From Penicillus capitatus (lineage: Eukaryota > Plantae > Chlorophyta): a stretch of DNA of 64,000 nucleotides. The stretch lies in NCBI GenBank assembly GCA_965649825.1, contig OZ287700.1, positions 62,001-126,000 on the forward strand, written 5' to 3'. This document shows positions 11,810 to 24,028 of the stretch, piece after piece; position 1 is the first letter of the stretch, and each line of letters starts with the position of its first letter. A model generated the notes under the pieces. That model searched no databases, was not told where the DNA came from, and was given only the letters and a program-made list of their open reading frames with translations. The position numbers and the translations under genes are program-made.

Positions 11810-13365
11810 TCATTCACAGTATCCCTGTTTGTTGAATATTTTGTCCAGTTGAACAGTAAAACAAGCAACAATGCCTCTAATGTACACGGCAAACTCCACA
11901 GAGTTCTCTTCTTTACAGTGTCGGTGCGTCATGCTCGCATGAAACCTGATGAAACACACGTATCGACAAAAGCAGGGACAGGGATGCTGAATACCATGAA
12001 TCTGACAGGCTGAATGGGAGATCAAGGTTCATATACTTGAGGAATTCTATCGTATGCTTTTCTGTTCTGAACAGAGCAACCGATCCAACCTTAGGATGGG
12101 GATGATCCAGCAGAACAGCAAGACGTTGCCCCGTCGTCTCCCAACAGAGACACTTCGCACAGTTCACTTGCTCTCCCCTGTTAAAAAACCCGTCACCTTG
12201 TACTATCAGGAAAAACACTTGCTCGTGTTCCGTGCTAAGATGGTGAGCTGTTTTGCTTTGAAGGATCTTGTAGGAGACCTGTGCTTTTCGATCGACACAG
12301 CAATGTGCCAGATATGATGAATCTGAGAAAGACATGAACATCTGCGTCGTATCTCCCTCTGGACAGCTCCAGGCGACCGAACAAACATAACCTTCCCGGC
12401 TTCCGTAGAACTTTATCACATTCCATGTCTGTGCACTCCAGATATGGACCCATCGATAATCAGAGACTAAAAACAACAGATAGGCCATCCATCAACGCCG
12501 GAGTAAAGAGGATAGACCAGTCATAATGAAACCTCCACAGGGAGAGTACTGCACATCGTAGACACGCTCACAGGCTTGTCGGCACTGTTTAGAAGCACCC
12601 GTCATGATATCGTAGACATAGAACCCAGCAATCTTTGGACCGGCAGCAACAGCCTGACGACCATTTGGATGAAAATCGATGGCATCAACGGCAAACTGTG
12701 CATGCGGATCGAGGCTCTCGGATGTCCACTGTATCTCATCTTCAACGCTCTCTCGCTGTGGTAGCAACAGTAGAATACCTGTCTCAGTGCCAACACCAAC
12801 GTAACCGAGACCACATGGTTTGCAACACACGCAATAAACCTGATTGATATGTCAAAGATCAATCTCCTAGACCGAACAGGCAGGCACCTTTGATCTGATG
12901 ACGGGGACCATCTGCTGGATTGCGCCGCGAGCTCTATCGAGAACATAGATGAGGAGCGAGCCGTGAACCACGACGGCAATAGCGGACATGTTTTCTCGAT
13001 AGGTCAAGTGACGACCGAAAGGAGAAGAATGCGAGTCTACGGCCGGTGTCGCCGATAGACTGTAAACAACACCCTGACAGAATGCACTTGAACATCGAAA
13101 CGACACCTTGCCCATATCGCCTTTGCGCAACGCAACGCCACGGAGGACTGAGCAAACCTGATGCCACATGCCTCATCCGACAAGACCTGGTCGCAAAGGA
13201 GCACATACTTGGCATACTCTTGCGAAGGAAGATCCTCGACTGAGAAGATGCGAATATTCAATGACCAAACAAAGAGACAAGTGGCGTGATCTTACCATAC
13301 GGCTCCAATTCGCCGTAAGTGTTCGAAACTTGATAGCGTAGAAGTGAGTGGACTGCTTCCGTCAT
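11810..13365 (-). CDS. WD40-repeat protein, Aladin (AAAS)-like nucleoporin (spliced; ends approximate)
   Basis: WD-like segments VYDVQYSPCG, VHIWSAQTW, VCSVAWS and CLCWETTGQRLAVLL...VALFRT resemble the Aladin C-terminal blades. Putative ATG at 13365. Confidence 0.6.
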
Positions 13366-13515
13366 TCGTCTGAAAAGAATGGCGCCACCAACTGGTCGAA
13401 TAGAACGAAGACGTCTTTGTACGACATGAATGTGTCGATTGACTTTGGCCTGTTCGAAACAAATGCTGCGTCGTCGACTTCATGCTGTCTTTGTTTCTTG
13501 CATCGTCCTCCTGCA

Positions 13516-14098
13516 ATGCTCAAAGAATGTGCTGAGTGTCGGAAATGGCAACCTACATCCGTGTCGTCTACAACGTCCATCTGTGAAAACGGTGAGTGGT
13601 GACGTTGACATTCTGTCCTCGCACAAAGGACCGGATACGGACGTTGTTCCAGGGAGGTAACTTTGTTGTCGGGCTCGTTTTCACGGCGAATGGAAATGAA
13701 AGCAGCATTGAATGGAGTACTCCCGAAGATGGACCTCATCCGTGTGTAGAGGCAGACAAGGAAACACTGGTCTCCGTCTATGAATGCCGCTCTCTGTTTG
13801 AGACTGCGCTCCCTTTTAGATGCCACACAGAATTGCTGTGTCATACTTCAATGTGGAGGTCGATAAGCTTATGCTGCTTGACAGCATCCAACAGATGCAA
13901 GATGCATTCACAGAAGACTTCAATAACGTCACTGTTCTCGCCTTCAGGTGCAGTCTATCTCTTACATTTGAGGGTTCGATAAATGTGTATTGTAGTGGCG
14001 GCTATCGTTCTGAGGCAAGAGTGGTCAGCACCCGAGATGGAGAAGAATGGAAGATTATTCGTTCCCTTGCACTCATCGCAGATTTTGGTGTAACATGA
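13516..14098 (+). CDS. Hypothetical spliced protein
   Basis: Plausible GT-AG joined exons: DRIRTLFQGGNFVVGLVF... / MPHRIAVSYFNVEVDKL... / SGGYRSEARVVSTRDGEEW. No family recognised and the 5' end is unclear. Confidence 0.4.
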
Positions 14099-15006
14099 AG
14101 CAGCCATCAAAGCCATTACTTGTCATCTGTAGGCGAGAACGGATTGAAGCAGCTGCAATGGTTCGATTTGGAATGTGGAGAGTGTGAGCGTGGGGATGAA
14201 TGTCGACGATTCGATCGACAAACATCCTGTGCTTCGACCTGCAATCTCTCGAACAGGTCATATCTTCTAGGGTGATTGTGCATGACTCTGTGGTTTAGGG
14301 AAACATGCCGGACAGAGATTTACGTATCCTTTGACGGCATCGATCGAAATAAGGAAGTTCTTAATTCGGCAACACAAGTCCGTAGACTTCGGCGAGCTTC
14401 TGTGTCGCATGTTTACGCTTCAGGACGCGATATTGCCTCAAGTGCTGTGCCTTTTTAGCTAAGAGATTGATAGTCTTCCATAATGTTGCCCTTCACTTCG
14501 AACAGATACTCATTTGTAAGCGTTAGGCTCCGTCCCGGAGAAGCCGCGAAAATCTGTTCCACGCTTCAATCTGTTCATGCTAAGTGTATTTTGTCAATTC
14601 TCTAATGCGCTACTCGCTGAGAAGAGCCGCTTTCAGAACTAATTGGAGCGAAGAGAAGACAGTCTTCGATCAAAGATTCTGTGTTTCACTGCTTGAGTGA
14701 AAGAGAGAAGGATTCCAATGTTATGTGCCTACGGCTGATGTAGGAAACACGACATACGATGAGACAACACAAATCACAGAACTGTTGTAATAATCTCACT
14801 GAACATCAACGTGTCCAATGAAAAGAGGGAGGTAAACGGTGAAAAACTGGACACACACGGTGTGTAGCAGAGACAGAATGCAAGACTTATTGTCAGTCTA
14901 CTTTCCGTCACAGATTACTTGCTCGTAGCACTCCGATAAACTGCAGTCTCATTGCATTAATATCGATGTTCTAGAAAATGACATCATCTTCTAGAATCCA
15001 GAGATG

Positions 15007-17043
15007 TTAATCGGACTCTGAACGCAGAGCGGACATCGCACGATCTAGCTGGCCTATCACTGCAGAGCGCACGTTGGGGTCCTGGTCATTGAGGCCCCTT
15101 TCCAGCATTCCGAGCAGCTGATCGGACTCCAAAGGCCGAGCAGACATCGCACCCACGAGTTGACCTACCGCTGCAATGCGAACACGGGGGTCTTGGTCAT
15201 CGAAGCTCCTTACAAGCACCACTAGCAGCTGGTCTAACTCCGAGGGCTGGGCAGACATGAGACTTGCTAGTTGGCCCACCGCTGCAGAGCGCACGCTGGC
15301 GTCGAGGTCATTGAGGCCCCGTTTTAGCACGAAGACCACCTGATCGGATTCCAAACGAACAGTAGACGCCGCCTTTACGAACTGGCCCACCGCTGCAGAG
15401 CGCACACGAGCGTCGAGGTCATTGAGGCCCCGTTTTAGCGTGAAGACCACCTGATCGGACTCCAAACGAACAGTAGACGCCGCCTTTACGAACTGGCTCA
15501 CCGCTGCAGAGCGCACGCTGGGGTCGAGGTCATTGAGGCCTCTTTCCAGCATTATGAACAGCCGATCGGACTCTCCAGGTAGGGCTAACACTACACCGGC
15601 CAACTGGCCCATCGCTGCTGAGCGCACGCTGGGGTCCTGGTCGTGGAGGCCCATTTCCAGCTTCATGAACAGCCGATCGGACTCTTCAGGAAGGGCTAAC
15701 ACTACACCGGCCAACTGGCACACCGCTGCTGAGCGCACGCTGGGGTCGAGGTCATTGAGGCCTCTTTCCAGCATTATGAACAGCCGATCGGACTCTCCAG
15801 GTAGGGCTAACACTACACCGGCCAACTGGCCCATCGCTGCTGAGCGCACGCTGGGGTCCTGGTCGTGGAGGCCCATTTCCAGCTTCATGAACAGCCGATC
15901 GGACTCTTCAGGAAGGGCTGACATTACACCCGACACCTGGCCCATCGCTGCTGAGCGCACGCTGGGGTCCTGGTCGTGGAGGCCCATTTCCAGCTTCATG
16001 AACAGCCGATCGGACTCTTCAGGAAGGGCTGACATTACACCCGACACTTGGCCCATCGCTGCTGAGCGCACGCTGGGGTCGAGGTCATTGAGGCCTCTTT
16101 CCAGCATTATGAACAGCCGATCGGACTCTCCAGGTAGGGCTAACACTACACCGGCCAACTGGCCCATCGCTGCTGAGCGCACGCTGGGGTCCTGGTCGTG
16201 GAGGCCCATTTCCAGCTTCATGAACAGCCGATCGGACTCTTCAGGAAGGGCTAACACTACACCGGCCAACTGGCACACCGCTGCTGAGCGCACGCTGGGG
16301 TCGAGGTCATTGAGGCCTCTTTCCAGCATTATGAACAGCCGATCGGACTCTCCAGGTAGGGCTAACACTACACCGGCCAACTGGCCCATCGCTGCTGAGC
16401 GCACGCTGGGGTCCTGGTCGTGGAGGCCCATTTCCAGCTTCATGAACAGCCGATCGGACTCTTCAGGAAGGGCTGACATTACACCCGACACCTGGCCCAT
16501 CGCTGCTGAGCGCACGCTGGGGTCCTGGTCGTGGAGGCCCATTTCCAGCTTCATGAACAGCCGATCGGACTCTTCAGGAAGGGCTGACATTACACCCGAC
16601 ACTTGGCCCATCGCTGCTGAGCGCACGCTGGGGTCGAGGTCATTGAGGCCTCTTTCCAGCATTATGAACAGCCGATCGGACTCTCCAGGTAGGGCTAACA
16701 CTACACCGGCCAACTGGCCCATCGCTGCTGAGCGCACGCTGGGGTCCTGGTCGTGGAGGCCCATTTCCAGCTTCATGAACAGCCGATCGGACTCTTCAGG
16801 AAGGGCTAACACTACACCGGCCAACTGGCACACCGCTGCTGAGCGCACGCTGGGGTCGAGGTCATTGAGGCCTCTTTCCAGCATTATGAACAGCCGATCG
16901 GACTCTCCAGGTAGGGCTAACACTACACCGGCCAACTGGCCCATCGCTGCTGAGCGCACTCTTTGATCCTGGTCATTGAATCCGTTCGTTAGCATCTCGA
17001 ACAGGCGTTCGGACTCTGCAGAATGGCCGGATATTTCACACAA
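15007..17043 (-). CDS. Intronless HEAT-repeat ORF (about 18 x 37-aa repeats); true 5' end unresolved
   Basis: Repeat consensus D(Q/L)DPSVRSAA..QL..V..ALP.ESDRLF..LE.GL matches HEAT helices (VRxAA). The in-frame stop is near 17110, and the first in-frame ATG is only about 16997. Confidence 0.8.
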   Translation of the reverse strand: MCEISGHSAESERLFEMLTNGFNDQDQRVRSAAMGQLAGVVLALPGESDRLFIMLERGLNDLDPSVRSAAVCQLAGVVLALPEESDRLFMKLEMGLHDQDPSVRSAAMGQLAGVVLALPGESDRLFIMLERGLNDLDPSVRSAAMGQVSGVMSALPEESDRLFMKLEMGLHDQDPSVRSAAMGQVSGVMSALPEESDRLFMKLEMGLHDQDPSVRSAAMGQLAGVVLALPGESDRLFIMLERGLNDLDPSVRSAAVCQLAGVVLALPEESDRLFMKLEMGLHDQDPSVRSAAMGQLAGVVLALPGESDRLFIMLERGLNDLDPSVRSAAMGQVSGVMSALPEESDRLFMKLEMGLHDQDPSVRSAAMGQVSGVMSALPEESDRLFMKLEMGLHDQDPSVRSAAMGQLAGVVLALPGESDRLFIMLERGLNDLDPSVRSAAVCQLAGVVLALPEESDRLFMKLEMGLHDQDPSVRSAAMGQLAGVVLALPGESDRLFIMLERGLNDLDPSVRSAAVSQFVKAASTVRLESDQVVFTLKRGLNDLDARVRSAAVGQFVKAASTVRLESDQVVFVLKRGLNDLDASVRSAAVGQLASLMSAQPSELDQLLVVLVRSFDDQDPRVRIAAVGQLVGAMSARPLESDQLLGMLERGLNDQDPNVRSAVIGQLDRAMSALRSESD
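15010..16974 (-). repeat. Coding tandem repeat, 111-bp unit; 13 near-identical units (15532-16974) with a 555-bp higher-order period, plus 5 diverged units
   Basis: CAGCCGATCGGACTC recurs at 15559, 15670 and so on (111-bp spacing). Unit order in the protein is A-B-A-C-D-A-B-A-C-D-A-B-A. Confidence 0.95.
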
Positions 17044-20000
17044 GAGATGATTTATCGCCGTCGCAGGCAGGCTGCTTTGTTTTTTAGCTGAATCTCTTTT
17101 GGGTTTCTTTTATGTCTACTATCGTAGGACGAACGTTTCGATGAGGTGCGGTGCCGCGCAAACTGAGTTCTTAGATGCAACGGATAATATTAGCGTTACA
17201 TTGTGCATTGCGTTTGTTTCCATTTAGATATAATCTACTACAGTTTGTTAGCAAGCAGAGTCCGGAGTTACAAAGTGGGCTGAAAAGGCAACAACAAAAC
17301 ACATGAAAGTCGATATGCAAACTAGCAATTCAAAGAATAGTTAGATACCTAGCACCGCCTCGGGAACCAGGCAGTCCTCCAGAGCTTTAAGCGGAAAAGC
17401 ACCACGAGTTTTTGATAATCGGAGGAGCTCAAGTTGTGTTGGTATATGTTTGACTTCTTAGCTAATTGGTCTTTTTGGCTTTTGCTAGTTTGTTGAGCCT
17501 TTGGCTTAACTGACTTCGCATCGCCTTTCACGTCGCTGCACTCCATCAAAAAATTAAGTGCGCCTTTATATCACATCGGCACTTGTCATTTCATCGCGCC
17601 TACCACCAAAACACATGTATTCTTCACAAATACCTTTATCTTTTAAGTATCGGCAGGAGAACAGCATTCTAATCAACCGTATGTTGAGCCATATCCAACC
17701 TTGTGCCCATTTCGGAAAAATGTCACACTGTCCAGCCTGAATCCTTTCAGCGACGAAACATAGATCAAAGTGTGTGTATCAATGTTCGTGTAACAAACTA
17801 TTGACGCCGTCCAAGACATTTACGCTTCAAAGCCGGTCGGTGCTTAGTCTGACTTGCAGCAAAAGGATTTACAATTGTTCAAAACCAGAGAAGAACAGGT
17901 CTGCATGTATTCACTCTGTACTATACAGCGATGCAAACTTAAGACGACAGCGTCATCTCCCACCTAAGGACAAGGAAAACAGCCCTTTCTAAGGGCAAAA
18001 TATGGACCGTCAGAAATGGTCGTCATGAGTTCTTTTCTGTTCATTTCTAGGCTGTGAATGATGTTTTCACAGATTTGAAAGAAAGAGCCATAAGGCTCGC
18101 CGAATGTCGCTCCAGTCTCGGATGAACCGAAATGCGACGCTATCGCAACAAAACAATCAAATCGTCACGGGTAAAGCCACAACACACGGACGGAATTATA
18201 GAGGACAATGGTTCGACAGATGTCTCGTTTGAATATCCGAATGCTGCCGGAACCCAGGAGGGGGACAGCTGTCCTCATGAGGCGACAGAAACTACCAGCT
18301 GTTCTCCTTGACACAAATATATCCGCTTCTCGGATACAAACTTCGTCTTTCTAAGTGGTGTTTTGGTTTTGTTCTTGTTATGTCGGGTATATCGGGTTGC
18401 AAGTTTTGTCTCCATTGTTTTTGGTTCTTCATATGGCCCGTTTCCGCTAATGTGCGTGTAAAAAATCATTGTCTATTTTCGTTCACATTTGCTCGAAGAC
18501 GCCCTGTTTGATGTTGTTTCGTAGTGGAGTGTTTAACAGAAGATTCTAAATGATACATGAAGGCATCTTTACGTTAAGGCCTTTGTTCTCTTTGTTATTG
18601 ACGACTTTCGCGTCTTGAACTTTGAAAAACTAATTGAAGGTAACACTAGCGACCTTGAAAAATTTTTAGCTTTTCTTTTTCGTATCGCACGTCGAATGCA
18701 AACCTCAGATTGCGGACAAATGAAAGTAGAATCTGAAGCTCCAGTAATATTCTTGGGGCAAGATGAAAAGGAATCTGTCTGTATTTATGATGCTTAAAGA
18801 TTTCAATCGGCTGAGAAAGAATGCGAGATTTTGTGGGAGAAGTCGAGTCTTGCCTCTCATGAGAGCGACAACGATTACAACCAACGAGCATCGTCGATGG
18901 ATTTGTCCAGTGTCCCGGAGTGCCTCTCCAGACGTTCATAGCGTAGCAGAATGACAGGATGGACGTTGATAACCTTAAAACATCACTTTCTGGAAAACAT
19001 TCTTTGGCTTTGTACATGACTCCTATTCGCAAGACACAAAGTATGCATTTGTAAGAACCTTTTCTGCAAGCTCTTGATCGTTATTGCGATCGGTCTTGTT
19101 TCACTAACGCATATGCATATCCTATGATAACTGAATGGGACAAATCTACAGATAAGATACACCTATTGAGAAGAGTCACCAAAGAACTTTCGCGGTTACT
19201 GGGTCGTTTGGTAAAAACTCAAAGCTGTTCCGGAAACAACATATCAAGGCGATCTTATTGTGAAACCGACTGTCGAATAAGATTAATAAAGGTGGAAAGC
19301 GAGAGGCGATTTTCGGCGAAAGAATAAAGAAGAAAGCCGAACAGTCGTATCGCTCTGTGTGGATTTCTTTTCCTGCGATTGTTCTGACTATACCGATTGT
19401 AACGCGATCGTTTTGTTGGCGTCGAAGCGTGTCTGCTACGTCATGGGCCCAAGACGAGGTTTTACACTTATACACAAGGCCCTTAAGATTTATCATCCAA
19501 TGAACTCGTCCATACGATGTCGGACTCTTAATTACGTTATCCATGTGGTTCTTTGACAGCGAATTCTAAAAGTTGGTATGAGTTCTCTTTCTTATAAGGA
19601 AGCATAAACGGCATGTCAACAGTGTCTTGGACTAAAAGAGTCAGCACTGCGGTTATTGAAAATCAAAGAAACGACCGATTTCTTGCACATGACTTATTTC
19701 TTTCTCGTGCTATTCTCCGCTTTCTGTCGTCGTCTAAAGGCAAAAGCTGTGACAGAGCTCGCATTCTCTTATCGTTATCTTCTTTGTCCGCCAAAGGAAT
19801 ACTGTTATCGTTCTGCTCGGTTATCGAAATGAGTTATTCATGAAATCCATTCTCTCTTCGCTCTTATACTCATTTGCACCACTAAACATTGTTCATTGAA
19901 TTTCAAAGATCAAAATGTAACGTCAAACACTATGCTAAGGTGTTGACAGCAGAGAGACGCTTGGCGATGGTTGACAAGCGCCTGGGTGTTGTACTTTATG

Positions 20001-20674
20001 TCACGTAGCAAAAACCCTTCTTACGTCTGCTTAAAGCTATCGTTCCTTGTGCCGTCGATTTGCAGTTCCGCGGTGTTCGTGTTGTTTCCCGCGGTTTAAT
20101 AAAGTACGACACGTTATATTCTGCCAACAAGTGTGTGTGGTGATCGCATCGATTACTATCTCAGTAATCACTTCGCCCGATACACGGATATTTCGAAGGC
20201 AGAAAAGATCTGAGATGCAATTAGATTGTCAGAACAATCGAAGATAAAACAGATATCATTAAATTTGATGGCACTGAACTGTCATTCTTTTGGTCACACG
20301 ACTCTTCTTTAGTTGTTATCTGTAAGAAAACTCGTTCTTAATGGTTCTAGGACTGTTTTCTGCCCTCGTTGACTATGAGTCTGGTAGGTTAGTGCGTGCG
20401 TCTGAACCCAGCCAACATCGAATTCTATTGTTTCGTGAAGCAAAACTCTTTAATGCTATCCATCAAAAAGCGCCGTCGAAGACGACCTTATTCCACCGCG
20501 CGTTCTTGATCCGATCAGGAGCAGTCGACAGTTTCTGCGATCCACGTCGCCTCGGCGTGTGATAACCGCATAAGGCAACCGCCATTGTAATGGTATCTGC
20601 GGCAGAACATCTATCCACCAAAAGTCGTTCTTGAGCGTCTGACCGTCGCCCTTTGTCGACGGACTTGTCGCGAA

Positions 20675-22182
20675 ATGCTTTGGAACTTTGTTTTTCTCCT
20701 TGTTGCCATCTCTTGTCTCGCTATCTGGGCCTCGATCACATGGCGGAAGAAACAAAATCGGGTCGAGTTACACCCAAAAAAGGAGGTCGTTCTTAAAGAC
20801 CTGGGAGAGCCTAAACTTCCTTTTCCTATAAGAGGTTTCAATTTCTTCGGAAGATTTCTACCCTCTCAGCGTCTAACAGTGGAAGCCGTCGTCAATGAGG
20901 CCCAAAGAAGAACGAACCTGCGAATCTGTCTAGATGAAGAGAGATACCCTTTTCGAGATGGATTGAAGAAACTGGTCCAGGATTATAACGATCACAAGAA
21001 CCATCTGACGGCGTTTGGGAGACTATGTTTAAGGAACGTCTTCGTCAAAATGATCTCAAATAACTTGCGCATGGCTGAGCAGATATGTCACCATCCCCAA
21101 ATCTTGTCCGAGTCTATCGCCCAGCCAGTCTTTATTATTGGCCCACCAAGAACAGGATCTTCCCATCTGCATGATACGCTCTCGCAGCATCCTGCTTTTC
21201 GCACTCCGAAGCATCTGGAGATGCTAAACCCTGTCCTGAAGGAAGATCATTTTGAGTCGACGAGTGCAGATCTCAGAGAACGGAGATGTAATGCTTATCT
21301 GAGGTTTGCTCAATATCTCAGGCCTCATCTATCGCTATTGCACAATGTCGATGTCCATGCGAGTGAAGAAGACATCTTCGTCACTGGCATCTTGTTTCGG
21401 AGCATTATTTTCGGAACCATGTTTCCATGCAAAGGATATATGCAGTGGTTTGGAGAAGTGGACCACATCCCTGTCTACGAGTTCCTCAAGTTGGCATTGC
21501 AAGTGAACCTCCCATATCCATTCCTTGACCCGATCACAGAGCATTGCTGTTTCGCTTGTAGCTATTGCAGTGGCAAGATGTGCACATGGGCCACCCTCGC
21601 CGCCGCTGGCTGCTAAAATCGCCAGATCATTCGTTTAGTCTACCCAGTTTGATGAAGATCTTCCCAGACGCCACTATAATCCAGACACACAGGGAAATGA
21701 ATGCTGTCCTTCCATCTTACTTGAATCTCGCTGGGTACATCCACGGGATCTTCATAAACTCGATCGATCTCAAGTGGTTCGGAGAATGGTGGACTGCATG
21801 GTTTGAGTTTGTCCTCCATCGATTCGTCAAAGATCAAGCCAACATCGAAGGTAGCCCTCCATCCTGTCAACACAAGCCAGACTGATACGTATGTGGGACA
21901 GGACGCGTAATTAATGTCCTCTTCCATGAGTTGGTTTCCGACGATCTGTCCGTCGTTCTACACATCCTGTCTGTGCTGGGCGCTTATATGGATAACGATA
22001 TACGTCAGCAGCTGAAGACTTATGCGGAAGCTCACAAACGCCATTCAAAAGGAAGAATCATATATAATGGCAGTGTCTTTGGTATCAAGAATCAGAGCGT
22101 TCGTGACCGTTTCAGTACATACCATGCAACATTCGGCTTACTACAAAACTCCTCTTTCCAGAGACAAGAGAACGGGGGATGA
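20675..22182 (+). CDS. Membrane-anchored sulfotransferase (Sulfotransfer_3 / mycobacterial Stf-like family)
   Basis: N-terminal TM segment (FVFLLVAISCLAIWASI), PAPS-binding loop PVFIIGPPRTGSSHLH, then WLLKSPDH and IFPDATIIQTHR. Two short introns. Confidence 0.85.
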
Positions 22183-22276
22183 CGAATGGCGAGGAACATA
22201 TGCCTTCCCGGGGCTCTTTGACATCCATGTGCGGTCCGGGAAATAGCGTGCGTCTCACGTCAAAGATCTTATAGCT

Positions 22277-23644
22277 TCATTTGCCGAATGCATTTTTTAA
22301 GATGAAAATCTTCTCGCTTCTGAAACGAGTAATAAGATCTTCTCTGTCATCTGCAGCGCTCTGTACAGGCACTTGCAAATTGGTCGTCTCTTCTTGGCAG
22401 AATTCTGCGAGAATGTGAGAGACAATGTCATCTTGGTGCGGTGTGTTTGGAATCCAAGATCTCAGAGTCTCCACGACCGATGAATCGAATCCTCCTCTGT
22501 AGATGTCGATATCTGCGGGGACAACATCGATGGGGAATGATGGCTTTCCATGTATCTCTTCAAACAGCTGGTAGAGTTTGGCCATTCCCTTTTCCACACG
22601 AACAAAGTCGTGAGGGTTGTCTTTTTCAACAAAGCCGTAATACTGTAGCAAATCATCGTTTGACTTGCTGCCATAGCTAATGAAAACCTGGTCGCCAACA
22701 TCATAGTCTCTATCCAAGCGCACGCTGTAGCCGTCAGAGAAGTAGTCGTACTTCAGATCACACTGGACGTTGCAGTTGTGATTGATGAAGTCGACACCAG
22801 GTGCAAGCAGATAGACTCTTAATCTCTGAGAAAGAAAGACATCATACAGAAGATTGAAAACCGAAACAGAAACCACAGCATTGAAGGTCTGTGTGATGGA
22901 CTCTGTACCCGAGAGCAAAATGTTGGCTGCGGCAAGCAGAAAGATGACCATTCCCAGTCGGATACGATCGGGCAGCCTGCTGCCGATATAAGGCCCGCTA
23001 AACGAACGGCTGCGTACAAGAGACAGACACGAAAGAAAGAGGTCTTTGTCCAGCTTCAATTCGGGTGCCTCCTTGGCCAGCATGTCTGCAAGCTGTTGCC
23101 ACTCTCTCTTTTGTTTCTTGATGGATTGGACCAATGATGGATACCTGAGATTCATCAGATCTTTTTCCGGCCAAAAGAAAGGGATATCTGCTTTCTCGGG
23201 CAGACTGCGGAGGTAGCCAGCATAGTCAGAATCTTTGCCTTTGACCCGCTCTAACATGACCATTAGAGCTAGCTTAACATACCAGGCTTGTTTATTCCAG
23301 ACATCTGGAGGGCATTCAACAGGTCCTTTTGTGTTGGGCTCGATAAACAAAGCGCTGGTTCTTGGAAGCTGTACCGCAACGTCACCGGCTTTGATGGTTT
23401 CCAAAGCCTCCATTCCTCTCAGCCCCCCATTAAACTTCGCGATTCCAAGCTTTGGAAATCGGATACGTTTTTGATTTGCCCATCTATCGAAAGCGGCTGT
23501 CGAAATCTCTTGACAGCAAAGGACGCGGCCAGAGACGATGCCATGTGTTCTGGATAGCATCTTTCCAATCAGGTATCTTGTCAGCACGGGACGGTTAAGC
23601 CGCGGAACAGGAGTACGGCGACAGTTGGCGTCACAGGGAGCCAC
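22277..23644 (-). CDS. SET-domain lysine methyltransferase, Rubisco LSMT-like
   Basis: GLRGMEA, LAPGVDFINH, QVFISYGSKSNDDLLQYYGFV and NPHD are SET/LSMT motifs, in one continuous ORF. Confidence 0.88.
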   Translation of the reverse strand: MAPCDANCRRTPVPRLNRPVLTRYLIGKMLSRTHGIVSGRVLCCQEISTAAFDRWANQKRIRFPKLGIAKFNGGLRGMEALETIKAGDVAVQLPRTSALFIEPNTKGPVECPPDVWNKQAWYVKLALMVMLERVKGKDSDYAGYLRSLPEKADIPFFWPEKDLMNLRYPSLVQSIKKQKREWQQLADMLAKEAPELKLDKDLFLSCLSLVRSRSFSGPYIGSRLPDRIRLGMVIFLLAAANILLSGTESITQTFNAVVSVSVFNLLYDVFLSQRLRVYLLAPGVDFINHNCNVQCDLKYDYFSDGYSVRLDRDYDVGDQVFISYGSKSNDDLLQYYGFVEKDNPHDFVRVEKGMAKLYQLFEEIHGKPSFPIDVVPADIDIYRGGFDSSVVETLRSWIPNTPHQDDIVSHILAEFCQEETTNLQVPVQSAADDREDLITRFRSEKIFILKNAFGK

Positions 23645-24028
23645 TGCCTCGACACCCCGATGGAAGTTGACCTTTCCCTATCAATAGTTCTATTATCAAC
23701 GCCAAGATTACCGCATCCGTCCGTTTCTCTCCCAGCTCTTGCATAGTTGTCTTCTAACCGTGATGATTGGAGTCTGTTGTTCTCTCTGTTAGCACCCCCA
23801 GACTCCTCGTCCTTCCTCGCTGCTGCTCTCACAGAATTTGCCGCAGCGGCAACACGTTTCTTTGCTCGTCATCGTCGCGGACCGCAATTTCCTTCAAGGA
23901 AAACAACGACGGTCCCGTCCTTTTTCTCTGTGTGTCACGTTGCTAAGCATTTTGACCCTAGGTAAGAATAGCGGTTAGTGCTTGAATTTCTTGAACAATA
24001 GAATTTGTTTTAGGGAAGAAAATTCCGT

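Noticed and set aside
11200-11810. Separate small gene between the tRNA and the WD40 gene
   Set aside because: I found no consistent spliced frame or motif; it may be UTR or an unresolved gene.
15533-16966. 477-aa plus-strand ORF
   Set aside because: It is the antisense shadow of the 111-bp coding repeat; a stop-free unit repeated gives a long ORF with no independent signal.
15532-16974. CRISPR-like array
   Set aside because: The units are contiguous, in-frame coding repeats without unique spacers, there are no cas genes, and the context is eukaryotic. The same applies to the 126-bp repeat at 31386.
18646-19032. KYRQIPFHL motif resembling the start of a Gypsy reverse transcriptase
   Set aside because: None of the expected downstream RT motifs (SPIVxVxK, DYR, YxDD) follow, so this is too little to call a mobile element.
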